Shown here: positions 1 to 9,668 of the stretch, one piece after another
Layout of the letters: the number at the start of each line of letters is the position of its first letter
Position numbering within the stretch: the first letter of the stretch is position 1
Assembly (NCBI GenBank): GCA_046262755.1
Contig: JBHEME010000001.1
Location: forward strand, 42,250 to 106,249
Direction of reading: 5' to 3'
Source of the DNA: Gemmatimonadaceae bacterium
GTDB lineage: Bacteria > Gemmatimonadota > Gemmatimonadetes > Gemmatimonadales > Gemmatimonadaceae
Length of the DNA stretch: 64,000 nt
Translations under genes and position numbers: made by a program
The notes under the pieces: model-generated
Told to the model about the DNA's origin: nothing
What the model saw: only the letters and a program-made list of their open reading frames with translations
Database searches by the model: none

Positions 1-1613
1 GTGCTCTCCGCCAGACCATGACCTGCACCCGCGTTGTCCCAGATTCGATCCCAACCGAAAAAGGACCCATAGGTTTGCACTAGCGAGCCTTGAGCGCCGT
101 AGAAGCTGAGGCGGTTGAACGCCCGCGCCTCGATTATGCCGGTCCGATTCACAAATCCGGCGGCGGCCCTGAATCCTGGGTCCAGAGAGCGTAGCGTGTA
201 ATGAAAGCCCCACGCACGACCAGTTCTGTCCCAGTCGCCCTGAAGTATTGATCCGCGCGGACGAGTTCCCAGACTGTCCGTCCACGATTTAGCAGCCTGG
301 AATTCCGCCCAATAAAGCTTGGAGTGGTAAAATCTGAAATCAGCAGCCGCTACACGAGAAAAATCGTGGCCGTCTTCACGCGTCGTCAGGACTGCGCCGA
401 GCGTGTTGTTGGAGCCGAAATCGTAGCGGAGACGCGATACGCCAAACACCGGTGAATGCCCCGCGGTCCAGGAGTATTGCCGGTCATCGGTTGCAACGAT
501 TGAAGCGATGTTGAGTCCGGCAATTTTTCCGGTGAGCTTGCCTCCGGCTGTTGGTGCCACGATGCGTCTGGTGTAAATCAGTTGATTCGGCGAATCGAAC
601 AGCTCCAGTCCGTCCAGAAAGAACGGTCGCTTCTCAGGGTAGAAGAGAGCGAACCTCTCGTTAAGAAGCACCTGACCCACGTCTGCTTCGACCTGTGAGA
701 AATCCGGATTGATGGTTCCGTTGAGCGTGAGATTCTGCCGGATGCCCCAACGGCCGTCACCACCCAGCTCCGCCTTCCTTCGATAAGCACCGTTCTCAAT
801 AGTGGGCGCACGATCGGCGTGGGCCGTCACGGTCGGGGTTGTCTCGAGCACGAGCCCCCGTCGCATATCGTGCAATCCTTCCAACGAACCCGATTGGGCC
901 AGAAAATTCGCGTTGGCGCGGACAGCGGGGGCCCAGGTGTCCTGAAACCCGGAGTGTTGAACGCGACGGAGAATGTGGATTCCCCAGCTTTGTACCTCGG
1001 CGTCCTGATAGCGCAGACTCTTGAAGGGTATACGAACCTCCACCTGGAATCCCCCCTCGATGAGATGACCCTTCGATTCGAAAACGTAATCGGGGTTGAG
1101 ATCTACGCTGCCCTCGAGCGGATTGACGTTACGAAATCCTCCACCACTCGCCGAAGGGCCTCCGGCTCCGCCCGCGAACTGCGCGCTTCGGGTCCCGTCC
1201 TGCTGAACACCATACGGATTGACCCCGAACAGAAACGCGATCTGTCGTGAGTTATCGGTGTCCAGCAGTATTTGAACCTGATCCTCGCTGTCGATGTTGT
1301 CGCGATTGGCGTGGGTTGCCCGTACGACGCTTCCGTGAATCTCACCAGCGCGGATTCCGAAGTAGATCGCATCGGCGGCGTACCACACCAGAACCTCTGT
1401 CGGCTCGGCGGCCGGCCGGCCATCCACGGGTTGGTATTGCGAGAAAGCGGTAAGACGAGCTGCTCGGCGCCAGACCGGCTCGTCGAGATTGCCATCGATG
1501 CTCGCGGTCGTATCAATTCGCGGGACCTCGACGTGCGTCCGATTAGCGCGCCCGTCGTACGTGAGCGTCGAATCCTGGTAGAGCAAGGCTGTAAACAACG
1601 CGGCCAGGAGCAT
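1..1613 (-). CDS. CBM9-like / DUF5916 family exported protein; the C-terminal part runs off the left edge of the window
   Basis: It is absent from the ORF track because it has no stop inside the window. Hand translation of the minus frame is open from 1652 down to 1: MLLAALFTALLYQDSTLTYDGRANRTHVEVPRIDTTASIDGNLDEPVWRRAARL ... NPDFSQVEADVGQVLLNERFALFYPEKRPFFLDGLELF ... FNRLSFYGAQGSLVQTYGSFFGWDRIWDN. IDGxLDEPxW is typical of CBM9-like modules, and NPDFSQVEAD plus PEKRPFF is typical of DUF5916. The start is ATG 1613, with GTG 1616 or 1652 as alternatives. Confidence 0.7.
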   Translation of the reverse strand, partial: MLLAALFTALLYQDSTLTYDGRANRTHVEVPRIDTTASIDGNLDEPVWRRAARLTAFSQYQPVDGRPAAEPTEVLVWYAADAIYFGIRAGEIHGSVVRATHANRDNIDSEDQVQILLDTDNSRQIAFLFGVNPYGVQQDGTRSAQFAGGAGGPSASGGGFRNVNPLEGSVDLNPDYVFESKGHLIEGGFQVEVRIPFKSLRYQDAEVQSWGIHILRRVQHSGFQDTWAPAVRANANFLAQSGSLEGLHDMRRGLVLETTPTVTAHADRAPTIENGAYRRKAELGGDGRWGIRQNLTLNGTINPDFSQVEADVGQVLLNERFALFYPEKRPFFLDGLELFDSPNQLIYTRRIVAPTAGGKLTGKIAGLNIASIVATDDRQYSWTAGHSPVFGVSRLRYDFGSNNTLGAVLTTREDGHDFSRVAAADFRFYHSKLYWAEFQAAKSWTDSLGTRPRGSILQGDWDRTGRAWGFHYTLRSLDPGFRAAAGFVNRTGIIEARAFNRLSFYGAQGSLVQTYGSFFGWDRIWDNAGAGHGLAES

Positions 1614-1668
1614 CACCGACAATCTATCGGTGGCTTGGCCGCCGCACGACACCCGCAGTTGACGACGA

Positions 1669-1761
1669 TTAGCGCCGGACCCGTTTCTTGTAGGCTATCC
1701 GATGAGGCCTGTCAGCAGCCGCTCCTTTTCGTCTCTTGAAATCTTGCGCACGATCTGGAAA
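1669..1761 (-). pseudogene. Orphan 3' remnant of an ettA-like gene (last ~30 codons plus stop)
   Basis: The minus-strand translation is FPDRAQDFKRRKGAAADRPHRIAYKKRVRR*. The intact EttA encoded at 3029..4705 ends ...[27 protein letters not shown], and 17 of the last 25 residues are identical by hand alignment. No ettA body lies upstream, because the stop of the 1784..3022 gene cuts the fragment off. Confidence 0.6.
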
Positions 1762-1783
1762 CGAAGTGTGTCGCCGCGCTCGA

Positions 1784-3022
1784 TCAGGCACTCGGCTCAC
1801 GCGCGCACTCGGACCCGGCGGTGTTGAGCTCGCCGAGCACGACGCCCGCGATGGCTTCGGCCTGGCCCTGCCGGTCCACACCCTGCTTTCCGTTACTTAA
1901 GACGAGCACGGTCCAGCCGCGGGTCGGCAACCGATCCAGCACAGACGAGAAGCCCGCGATGGCGCCCCCGTGCGAAATTAGGGGTTCGCCCTGGTATCTC
2001 ATGAGGAACCACCCGAAGCCGTACGCCGCTCGCCCGTCGCGGAATGGGAAGTTGAGCACGGTGTCTGCGGCCAGTCGCCCCGGCGAAAACATGATCCGGT
2101 AACTCGACGCCGGGAGCAATGCCCCCCTGTGAATCGCGGATGCCCAGCGGGCGAGATCGGCCGCTGTGGTCTCTATCCCACTGTTGCCCCAGCCGCTGAA
2201 GACGTGCGGCGCCCGCCGGAGCACGCCATCGACAAGGTCGTAACCGACCGCGTGCCGGGCATCGGATTGCTCCGGTACACGATAGCCGGTGCTCCGCATC
2301 GCCAACGGCGCGAAGATCCGCCGCTCGAGGAACTGCCCGAACGGCTCGCCGCTAACGCGCTCGACGATCTGGCTTAGCAGTGTGTAGCCTGTGTTGGCGT
2401 ACTGCCAGCGGGTGCCGGGCGGGAAACTCGCGGGGCTATCGAGGAAGCGTTGCCGGAACTCGGACTCCGACATTTCGTCAACGTTCGCGCGTCGTACGTC
2501 GGGTGCGACACCGGACGTGTGCTGCAGCAGCTGCCGCACCGTGACCGCGCCGTACCGGCCCGGTAGCCACCCGAGGTACCGATCGGCCGGTGCGTCGAGA
2601 TCCACCGTGCCCGCTTCAACGAGCAGTAAGATGGCCATGGCCGTGAACGGCTTCGTGAGCGAGGCGATCTGGAAGATTGTTTCCGGCGTGACCAGTGTGC
2701 CCCGTTCGCGGTCGGCCGTGCCGTAGCCGCGCAACAGGACGACGCCGTCCCCGCAGAGCACTGCTAACGACGCTCCCGGGATGTCCCGCTCGCGCATCGC
2801 GCGCGCGATAGCGGAGTCGATCCGCCCAGCCACTTGCTCTTTGAGCGGGGCAGGCGAAGGGCGGGCCTGCCGGACCGCTGTAGCGCGCTGGCAGGCCGTC
2901 GGTATCGCGAGACCAACAGCGAGCATTAATAGCCGCGAGAAGGTGGAAGCAAACAGCACGACCTTTACGCGAAGTTCACGCATTGGACTTTCGGCGAGAT
3001 TTGACACCCCGAAGATTCGCAT
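1784..3022 (-). CDS. Serine hydrolase of the beta-lactamase / PBP (class C-like) family, probably exported
   Basis: The 412-aa ORF has an SxxK motif (ASLTKPF), a YxN motif (YANTGY) and a hydrophobic N-terminal segment (VVLFASTFSRLLMLAVGLAIPTAC). An alternative start is Met14 at 2983. Confidence 0.85.
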   Translation of the reverse strand: MRIFGVSNLAESPMRELRVKVVLFASTFSRLLMLAVGLAIPTACQRATAVRQARPSPAPLKEQVAGRIDSAIARAMRERDIPGASLAVLCGDGVVLLRGYGTADRERGTLVTPETIFQIASLTKPFTAMAILLLVEAGTVDLDAPADRYLGWLPGRYGAVTVRQLLQHTSGVAPDVRRANVDEMSESEFRQRFLDSPASFPPGTRWQYANTGYTLLSQIVERVSGEPFGQFLERRIFAPLAMRSTGYRVPEQSDARHAVGYDLVDGVLRRAPHVFSGWGNSGIETTAADLARWASAIHRGALLPASSYRIMFSPGRLAADTVLNFPFRDGRAAYGFGWFLMRYQGEPLISHGGAIAGFSSVLDRLPTRGWTVLVLSNGKQGVDRQGQAEAIAGVVLGELNTAGSECAREPSA

Positions 3023-3028
3023 GCCGCC

Positions 3029-4705
3029 CTAAGCACGCACCAGCCTCTTGTAGGCGATTCGATGCGGTTGATCGGCGTCGGGTCCCTTCCGGCGCTTAAG
3101 ATCCTCAATGTAGCTCTGATAATTCCCCTCGAACCATACCGTCTCCGAATTTCCCTCGAACGCCAGGATGTGAGTAGCAATACGATCGAGAAACCAGCGA
3201 TCGTGCGAGATCACTACTGCGCAGCCCGGAAAATCAACCAGTGATTCCTCGAGAGCACGCAACGTGTCGACATCGAGGTCATTCGTCGGCTCGTCGAGCA
3301 GGAGCAGATTCCCGCCTGACTTCAGCAGCTTCGCCAGATGAAGTCTGTTACGCTCTCCGCCTGACAGTGAGCCTACTTTCTTCTGCTGATCGGGGCCCTT
3401 GAAGTTGAATTGCGCCAGGTAAGCTCTCGCCTGCATCTCGCGCTTCCCAACCATGATGACGTCGCTCCCCTCGCTTACCTCCTTGTACACGGTGTTGGCA
3501 TCGTCGAACTCACGCGTTTGATCGAGATAAGCGAGCTGCACCGTGTCCCCGATGATCAGCGATCCACCATCAGCGCTCTCTTTGCCGGCGATCATTCTGA
3601 AGAGCGTCGTCTTTCCAGCGCCGTTAGCTCCGATGATGCCGACTATTCCGCCACGTGGCAGGGAGAACGACAAATCGTCGAACAATACCTTCTCGCCGTA
3701 TGCTTTTTTGAGACCCTTGGCAATCACGACATCGTTCCCAAGTCGAGCGGGCGGCGGAATCACAATCTCGTTCTGCATTAGCTTCTCGCCATCCGCTGCG
3801 CTCGCCAGCTCCTCGTACTTTTGAATGCGCGCCTTACTCTTCGTCTGTCGAGCGCGAGGTGACATCCGCACCCACTCGAGCTCCCGCTCCAACGTCCGCT
3901 GCCGCGCCGAGGCCTGCTTCTCTTCCTGCGCTAGCCGTGTGCGTTTCTGATCCAGCCACGAGCTGTAATTACCCTCGTACGGAATGCCCGCTCCTCGATC
4001 AAGCTCCAGGATCCAGCCCGCCACGTTGTCGAGGAAATATCGATCGTGCGTTACCGCCACCACCGTACCGGGGAACTCGGCCAGGTACCGCTCCAGCCAG
4101 GCAACCGATTCCGCATCGAGATGGTTGGTAGGCTCGTCGAGCAACAGCATGTCCGGCTCTTCGAGCAACGTCCGACACAACGCAACGCGCCGCCGCTCAC
4201 CACCAGACAGCTTGTTGACGTCCGCGTCGGCCGGGGGAAGTCGCAGCGCATCCATCGCGATCTCGATCTTGCGATCGAGATCCCAGGCGTTCACCGCGTC
4301 GATTTTCTCCTGCACCTTCGCCTGCTGGTCCAGCAGCTTCGTCATCTCATCATCTGACATCGGCTCGGCAAACTTGTTCGAGATTTCCTCGAACCTCTTC
4401 AGCAGATCCCGCGTGGGCTTTACCGCGGCGTCGACATTCTCGATAACGTTCTTGGATGAATCGAGCTGCGGCTCCTGCGACAGATATCCGATCCGGGTTC
4501 CTTCGTGCGGCCACGCCTCACCCTGAAAATCCTGATCGACGCCAGCCATGATACGGAGCAGCGACGATTTGCCCGCTCCATTCGCTCCCAGCACGCCGAT
4601 TTTCGCGCCCGGGTAGAAAGACAACCAGATCCCGCGCAAAATCTCCCGCGAAGGCGGAACGACCTTGCGCAGGTCCTTCATTACATAGATGAATTGCGGT
4701 GGCAT
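3029..4705 (-). CDS. ettA: Energy-dependent translational throttle protein EttA (ABC-F ATPase)
   Basis: The 558-aa ORF has two Walker A motifs (GANGAGKS twice) and two ABC signatures ([18 protein letters not shown]). The N-terminus [18 protein letters not shown] and the tail [11 protein letters not shown] are typical of EttA. Confidence 0.95.
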   Translation of the reverse strand: MPPQFIYVMKDLRKVVPPSREILRGIWLSFYPGAKIGVLGANGAGKSSLLRIMAGVDQDFQGEAWPHEGTRIGYLSQEPQLDSSKNVIENVDAAVKPTRDLLKRFEEISNKFAEPMSDDEMTKLLDQQAKVQEKIDAVNAWDLDRKIEIAMDALRLPPADADVNKLSGGERRRVALCRTLLEEPDMLLLDEPTNHLDAESVAWLERYLAEFPGTVVAVTHDRYFLDNVAGWILELDRGAGIPYEGNYSSWLDQKRTRLAQEEKQASARQRTLERELEWVRMSPRARQTKSKARIQKYEELASAADGEKLMQNEIVIPPPARLGNDVVIAKGLKKAYGEKVLFDDLSFSLPRGGIVGIIGANGAGKTTLFRMIAGKESADGGSLIIGDTVQLAYLDQTREFDDANTVYKEVSEGSDVIMVGKREMQARAYLAQFNFKGPDQQKKVGSLSGGERNRLHLAKLLKSGGNLLLLDEPTNDLDVDTLRALEESLVDFPGCAVVISHDRWFLDRIATHILAFEGNSETVWFEGNYQSYIEDLKRRKGPDADQPHRIAYKRLVRA

Positions 4706-4810
4706 CCGGGGAATTTATCGCCCCTGTGTCCTCGAACACATTGTGGAGCGGAATGCCAGTGGCACATCCCCTGCCCCGTGCGATCAGCGTCACTTCATCC
4801 GAGGACTGAT

Positions 4811-5071
4811 ATGATTCGAAGCAGAGGACGTACAGCGATCCAGGTTGCCGCAGTCGCGTGCGCCATGCTGTTCACACCGGTCGTGACGCATTCGCAGACG
4901 ACGGACTCGACGCGCACTACTTACGCCGACACGGATAACCATCGGGGCGGCTTCAACTGGGGTTGGCTCGGGCTGCTGGGACTGCTGGGCCTGCTCCCAC
5001 GCAAGCGGAAGGAAACCGTAGTCACCGATAACCGCCCTGGCGGGACAGGCGGGACGACCGGCAGATACTAG
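4811..5071 (+). CDS. Small exported protein with a WGxxGxxG motif, hydrophobic stretch and basic cluster
   Basis: This is the internal ATG of the 4505..5071 ORF, whose upstream part is antisense to ettA. GAGGA lies about 6-10 nt upstream. The protein has a signal-like N-terminus (MIRSRGRTAIQVAAVACAMLFTPVVTHSQ) followed by GGFNWGWLGLLGLLGLLPRKRKE, which contains W-G-W-L-G-L-L-G. Confidence 0.55.
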   Translation: MIRSRGRTAIQVAAVACAMLFTPVVTHSQTTDSTRTTYADTDNHRGGFNWGWLGLLGLLGLLPRKRKETVVTDNRPGGTGGTTGRY

Positions 5072-5871
5072 TCGGGCTCCTTCGGAGTCCCTAACATCGC
5101 GTGATCGTGCTCCATATGGTCGTCGTGCCATATGGAGCGCAGGTCGTTCCCGCCGAAGGTCGTCGCATGGACCATCCAGCCAAATGCCTGCGGAATAAAA
5201 CGCCCACCGGCTGCATTGCATTCGTCTTCGCTTGCGACGCCTAGCGGACCGAAGATCGGTCGTCCGTTTTTCGTTTCATACCAGCGGTCTTTCTGAAAAC
5301 GAGGCGGAACGCACCAGTTCACGTGACGGTGCCACCGCGCCACACTGAGCGGCACACGCTCGTTGAGCTCGTCTTCCGACGTGCCCTTTTTGGCGGTGTA
5401 CATCGCACCGATCAATTCGAACTGGCCCTGCGCGTTCTTCTTGTAGAGTAGCGAGGTCGGACGTGCCGGATCGAAGCCAAATTGATTTCGAACGGCATTC
5501 CAGCTTTTTGTGAAATGATACTGTGGCTGATTCTTGATCTCTGGCGCGAACATCTTGTAGCCGTCGGCCTCCGCGACTCGAACGTCCTGGTACTTGGCGA
5601 TTGCTTGTCGCAGTTCGTTGATCACCATCGCGGCCCGAACCGAATCGGCAGGAGTCAATGGTCTGGAGCTGCTGTACGCCATGTGCTTCGCCATTGCTGC
5701 CATTCTCCAGTCGTCGCCGTTAGTGGTTCCGCTAACTGATCCACGCGGATCAGGCGCGGCGGTAGCAGCGGCGGGGGTATGGTCATGCGAATGCTGTGCG
5801 GATAAACGGCTTGTCGCACCGGCTACCATGACAGCGACGAATACCGAGTGTGTCACGACTTTGCGAGTCAT
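5068..5871 (-). CDS. Hypothetical exported protein with His-rich termini
   Basis: The 267-aa ORF has a signal peptide (MTRKVVTHSVFVAVMVAGATSRLSAQ). The mature N-terminus is HSHDHT and the C-terminus is WHDDHMEHDHAML. I do not recognise a family. Confidence 0.6.
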   Translation of the reverse strand: MTRKVVTHSVFVAVMVAGATSRLSAQHSHDHTPAAATAAPDPRGSVSGTTNGDDWRMAAMAKHMAYSSSRPLTPADSVRAAMVINELRQAIAKYQDVRVAEADGYKMFAPEIKNQPQYHFTKSWNAVRNQFGFDPARPTSLLYKKNAQGQFELIGAMYTAKKGTSEDELNERVPLSVARWHRHVNWCVPPRFQKDRWYETKNGRPIFGPLGVASEDECNAAGGRFIPQAFGWMVHATTFGGNDLRSIWHDDHMEHDHAMLGTPKEPD

Positions 5872-5943
5872 GTTGGTCCGCCTTGGATGTTATTAGTAAA
5901 CCGCGTCAGCCGGCTCCCACTTCTCCTTAGACGACCGGCCAGC

Positions 5944-7059
5944 TCAGGCGTTAACCCCGTAGGTGTTCAGCAGCTTGTTGAGCGCGTTGGACACACGCTC
6001 GTGTGGCAACTGCTGGATCTCGTCTTCGTTCCAGGCGAGCACTTCTCCCGGCGTGTTGTACGGCGCATAGGGCTTGTGCTCCCGCTTGAGCAGCACCAGC
6101 GAGGGCTTTCGAAAGGCCGAAGCGGCGTGTGAAATACTGGTGTCAGGGGTGAACACGAGATCGGCCGTGGCGACCAGCGCAAATGCGTCGCGCAGCTGGG
6201 GCGTCGGGACAGCCAGGGCCCGTACGGCTTGCGCAACTGCTTGTACGCTAGGCCATTCGGCGGGCAGCCCGATCACCACGATCGGCATGTGCGGAGCCCG
6301 CGAACGAACGCCCCGCAACGTCGCGATGAACTTGCCGTCCGGCCATCTGCGCTTCGGCTCCGACGCCGAAAGATTCACCAGAAGGCAGTTCCGCATGCCG
6401 GCCGAGGTTCCCTCGGAAGCTGCCAGCGCCCGCGCTTCTTTCCACTTATCCTCGGCGCGTGTGCGCTCTTCCTCTGTCAGGAATATTTCCGGCTGCCAAT
6501 CGATCGATTCCGGTTTCACCCCGAATGGGACTGCCAGTTGCTTCGACCCCTCGATGTAGTGATCGATTCGATTCCACGCTGGCACGGACACGTTGTATAT
6601 CCGTGGACGAACATTTCCGCGCGCGCCGACCCTGTAGCGAGCGCGGCCCGCATACATGAGTAGCGGAGTCGAGGTGAAGATCGGCGGATTGTTGATTCTC
6701 CCATCGACCATCACAGTGTATCGCTCCCTTCTGAGCTGCTTCATTACCTGCTTGTAGCTGGCGAGCGAACGCCGGTTGAGCGTGATGACGTTGCCAACGT
6801 GAGGATTCCCTTCCAGCACGGGCGCCGTCGTCGGAGTTGCCAGCACATCGACTTTCCCCCCGGGCAACGATTGCGCTATGGCGCGAATAACCGATGTCGC
6901 CATGATCATGTCGCCGATTCTCTCGTACCGCATGAACAGCACTCGATACCTGTCATTCGCGGGGCGGGGAAGCGTCGTCTCGCTCGGTCCCGGCAACATG
7001 AAGCCGAGCACATGCATCCAGAAACTGCGCCAGGCTACCTCAAGCTTTCGCGGATGCAC
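5944..7059 (-). CDS. Glycosyltransferase family 9 (LPS heptosyltransferase-like)
   Basis: The 371-aa ORF contains RVLFMRYERIGDMIMATSVIRAI near the N-terminus and FTPDTSISHAASAF near the C-terminus. Both are typical of GT9 enzymes. Confidence 0.8.
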   Translation of the reverse strand: MHPRKLEVAWRSFWMHVLGFMLPGPSETTLPRPANDRYRVLFMRYERIGDMIMATSVIRAIAQSLPGGKVDVLATPTTAPVLEGNPHVGNVITLNRRSLASYKQVMKQLRRERYTVMVDGRINNPPIFTSTPLLMYAGRARYRVGARGNVRPRIYNVSVPAWNRIDHYIEGSKQLAVPFGVKPESIDWQPEIFLTEEERTRAEDKWKEARALAASEGTSAGMRNCLLVNLSASEPKRRWPDGKFIATLRGVRSRAPHMPIVVIGLPAEWPSVQAVAQAVRALAVPTPQLRDAFALVATADLVFTPDTSISHAASAFRKPSLVLLKREHKPYAPYNTPGEVLAWNEDEIQQLPHERVSNALNKLLNTYGVNA

Positions 7060-7582
7060 CGGTCAGCTGCAGCTCTAGAAGCTTGCGTGAAGGCTGTGGA
7101 TCGCGTGTGTGATAAAGCTGGATCGCGCTTATCACGAAGGGCTCCGGAATTCTGACATTGAGCAGCTCCCTTTCTGCCTTGGCATCGAGGGTCTGGTACA
7201 GGCTGAGAGTAGTGTGAGGGCTAAAAGTGTACCGTGCCCGCGTAAAGGGCAGACCGCTGGTTGCGATCCTGTCATGCAATACCCGCAAGGGGCCGTGCGA
7301 GTTCAGCGGGAGAACGATGATCCCCGTCTGCATGAAACGCTGCGGCCGGCCAAAGGTCAGCTCCATAGGTGAGACGTCGGACGCAACCGGCTCGAGCTTC
7401 TCGCGAAGTTCGTCCACTCTCACCGATGGCGGAATCGGTCCGGAACCGGACGATCCTGTCAGCGTGATGTGCGGAGGCTTATAGCGCGCCAGCCGCGGAT
7501 CGTAACGTTCATTTATCGCTTTGATCTGCTCTGCGATTGCCTCCGGCAGTTCGGCGAGAACGAAGATTCCATTCAGCTGCAA
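7040..7582 (-). CDS. 2H phosphoesterase superfamily protein (LigT / 2'-5' RNA ligase-like)
   Basis: The 180-aa ORF has two HxT/S motifs (PPHITLTG and SPHTTLSL). It overlaps the downstream GT9 gene by 20 nt. Confidence 0.75.
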   Translation of the reverse strand: MQLNGIFVLAELPEAIAEQIKAINERYDPRLARYKPPHITLTGSSGSGPIPPSVRVDELREKLEPVASDVSPMELTFGRPQRFMQTGIIVLPLNSHGPLRVLHDRIATSGLPFTRARYTFSPHTTLSLYQTLDAKAERELLNVRIPEPFVISAIQLYHTRDPQPSRKLLELQLTGASAKA

Positions 7583-7681
7583 GCCGCCGTCCGGTAAGAG
7601 AGTTGACTGGGTAATTACACTTAGCGAAATGCAAGAGTCTTACCCCTTGTCAACCTTGCTTCAAATCGCGATATCAACCCG

Positions 7682-8581
7682 GTGTTGAAGATCGATCTCA
7701 CCGGCAAGCGCGCGTTGGTTGCTGGAGTTGCCGACGACGGTGGATTCGGGTTTGCGATCGCAAAGTCCCTGGCTGAGGCAGGAGCGACCGTTTCCGTTGG
7801 AACCTGGCCGCCCGCACTCAACATCTTCATGAACCTGCTCGAGCGCGGGAAGATGGACGACTCGAGAAAGTTATCGAGCGGACAGCTGCTCCAGTTCGAG
7901 AAGATCTATCCGCTGGATGCCGCCTTCGACACGCTGGCTGATGCGCCCGAGGACATCCGCAACAATAAACGTTACAAGGAGACGGGCGACTTCAGCATCG
8001 AAGGGCTGACGCGAAGGATCGAGGGTGATTTCGGCCGCGATTCGCTCGACATCGTGATTCATTCGCTTGCCAACGGTCCCGAAGTCAGGAAGCCACTGCT
8101 CGAAACGAGTCGGAACGGTTATCTCACCGCGATCAGCGTCAGCGCCTATTCGCTGATATCGATGGTGGCGAGGCTCGCGCCGTTGATGCGCCGAGGAGGT
8201 TCCTTCCTGTCGCTGACTTATATGGCGAGCGAGCGTATCATTCCCGGCTACGGTGGAGGTATGTCGTCAGCCAAAGCCGCGCTCGAAAGCGATACGCGGG
8301 TCCTGGCTTTCGAAGCAGGCCGTAAATATGGGCTGCGCGTGAACGCGATTTCCGCGGGCCCGTGGGCCTCACGAGCTGCCAGCGCGATAGGCATCATCGA
8401 CAAGATGGTCACCTACTGCGCCGCCAATTCACCACTCACCGAGCCACTTTCGGCCGATGAAGTCGGAAATGCAGCCGCTTTCCTCTCCAGCCCTTTAGCC
8501 GCCGGGATAACCGGGACCATCGTCTATGTCGACAAGGGTTATCACTCGATGGGGATGGCGCTGCAGGATCAACCCGCGTAA
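7682..8581 (+). CDS. fabI: Enoyl-[acyl-carrier-protein] reductase (NADH), FabI
   Basis: The 299-aa ORF has a GTG start. It contains [21 protein letters not shown] (Rossmann fold) and [13 protein letters not shown] (active-site Lys region), on a long-type FabI scaffold. Confidence 0.9.
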   Translation: MLKIDLTGKRALVAGVADDGGFGFAIAKSLAEAGATVSVGTWPPALNIFMNLLERGKMDDSRKLSSGQLLQFEKIYPLDAAFDTLADAPEDIRNNKRYKETGDFSIEGLTRRIEGDFGRDSLDIVIHSLANGPEVRKPLLETSRNGYLTAISVSAYSLISMVARLAPLMRRGGSFLSLTYMASERIIPGYGGGMSSAKAALESDTRVLAFEAGRKYGLRVNAISAGPWASRAASAIGIIDKMVTYCAANSPLTEPLSADEVGNAAAFLSSPLAAGITGTIVYVDKGYHSMGMALQDQPA

Positions 8582-8612
8582 ACACGCGAGAATCGGCGAG
8601 AAGACCTGCGAG

Positions 8613-9668
8613 TTACGGGGTTTTCTTGGCCGCAGCTCGCTCGCGTTGGATCTGATGCTTTATCTCTTCCAGCCGCGCGACAGGCAAGCGCCCCGACAAG
8701 GTGAGGCTTTTGCCGCTGGTCGAATCCGTCCAGGCGACTGTATTGAGTTGATTCAAAGCTGAAGCTGTCCCCGCCCCCAATGTTGCGGGCGGTGCAGCGG
8801 ATGGAGCGCCAGCCACGCTCTGACTGCTGGTCTGCGCCGCAGCTCTCGTCCTCGAGAGCGTGGGCTCGACTCCTGCCTTGGCAGCTGCACGACTTTCCTG
8901 AGGCCCCGCAACACCGGTTGTCACGACGCTTTGCAGCCGGAGGGTTTGTCTCTCAACAAGAGTCACCGTATCGGATGGCGAAACCGCATAAGTGGTCCGC
9001 GATCCGCCAACGATTCGCTCTGTCGACAGCTGTCGCAGCGGCGTTGCAAGGTTCGCTTCGTCGATAGCCGCCGCTTCACGCCTGAATGCCGCCGCAGGGG
9101 ACCGCACCACGCCTGCCGACACTCCTCCAGCAGCTGCGTCAGCGGACGACGTCGCAGCTTCTCGAGTTTCGGGTGAAGGCACCGGGGCAATTGTCTTTTG
9201 CGCCTTGGCCACAGTTTTTTGCGGTACGACGGCTGATCTCCTGACGGGGGGTACGCCACCCCCAACGTTGCCATCCTGGCTAGCCGCTAGCGGCTGGGTC
9301 TTAGACGTTGCTGTGAAAGTCTCAGGAGTATCGACGCGAGCTACGGCTGTTGTTCTCGTGACCGAGACATTGGATCCGTTGCGCAGCACCACGAGACTCC
9401 CCACCGCGACAACAAGTACCGCCGCGGCCGCTCGCAATGCAACCGTATTGAAGCGCCGCCGTGGCGCGGCGACTGGCACGACACCGCGGGGGGCATTGTC
9501 CAGGTGCGTCAGTATCCGCGACGACGCGGCAATGAAACCACGCGCTTCCGCCACCGCCGCCGCGCACTGCCCACAGCTTGCCACGTGCGCTTCCGCCTCC
9601 GCAGCGGCTTCCGGACTCAGTGCGCCGTCCAGCCAGGAGTGAATTGTCCCTTCATCAAGATGCTGCAT
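8613..9668 (-). CDS. Anti-sigma factor (zf-HC2 type), single-pass membrane protein with a long low-complexity extracytoplasmic region
   Basis: The protein has the Hx3Cx2C motif (AHVASCGQCAA) and a TM segment (ALRAAAAVLVVAVGSLVVL), followed by an Ala/Thr/Ser/Val-rich region. It overlaps the upstream sigma gene by 14 nt. Confidence 0.75.
   Translation of the reverse strand: MQHLDEGTIHSWLDGALSPEAAAEAEAHVASCGQCAAAVAEARGFIAASSRILTHLDNAPRGVVPVAAPRRRFNTVALRAAAAVLVVAVGSLVVLRNGSNVSVTRTTAVARVDTPETFTATSKTQPLAASQDGNVGGGVPPVRRSAVVPQKTVAKAQKTIAPVPSPETREAATSSADAAAGGVSAGVVRSPAAAFRREAAAIDEANLATPLRQLSTERIVGGSRTTYAVSPSDTVTLVERQTLRLQSVVTTGVAGPQESRAAAKAGVEPTLSRTRAAAQTSSQSVAGAPSAAPPATLGAGTASALNQLNTVAWTDSTSGKSLTLSGRLPVARLEEIKHQIQRERAAAKKTP

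Noticed and set aside
1784-3022. Calling the beta-lactamase-family gene an antibiotic-resistance determinant.
   Set aside because: The SxxK/YxN serine-hydrolase family includes many esterases, D-aminopeptidases and PBPs. Nothing in the sequence alone supports beta-lactam hydrolysis.
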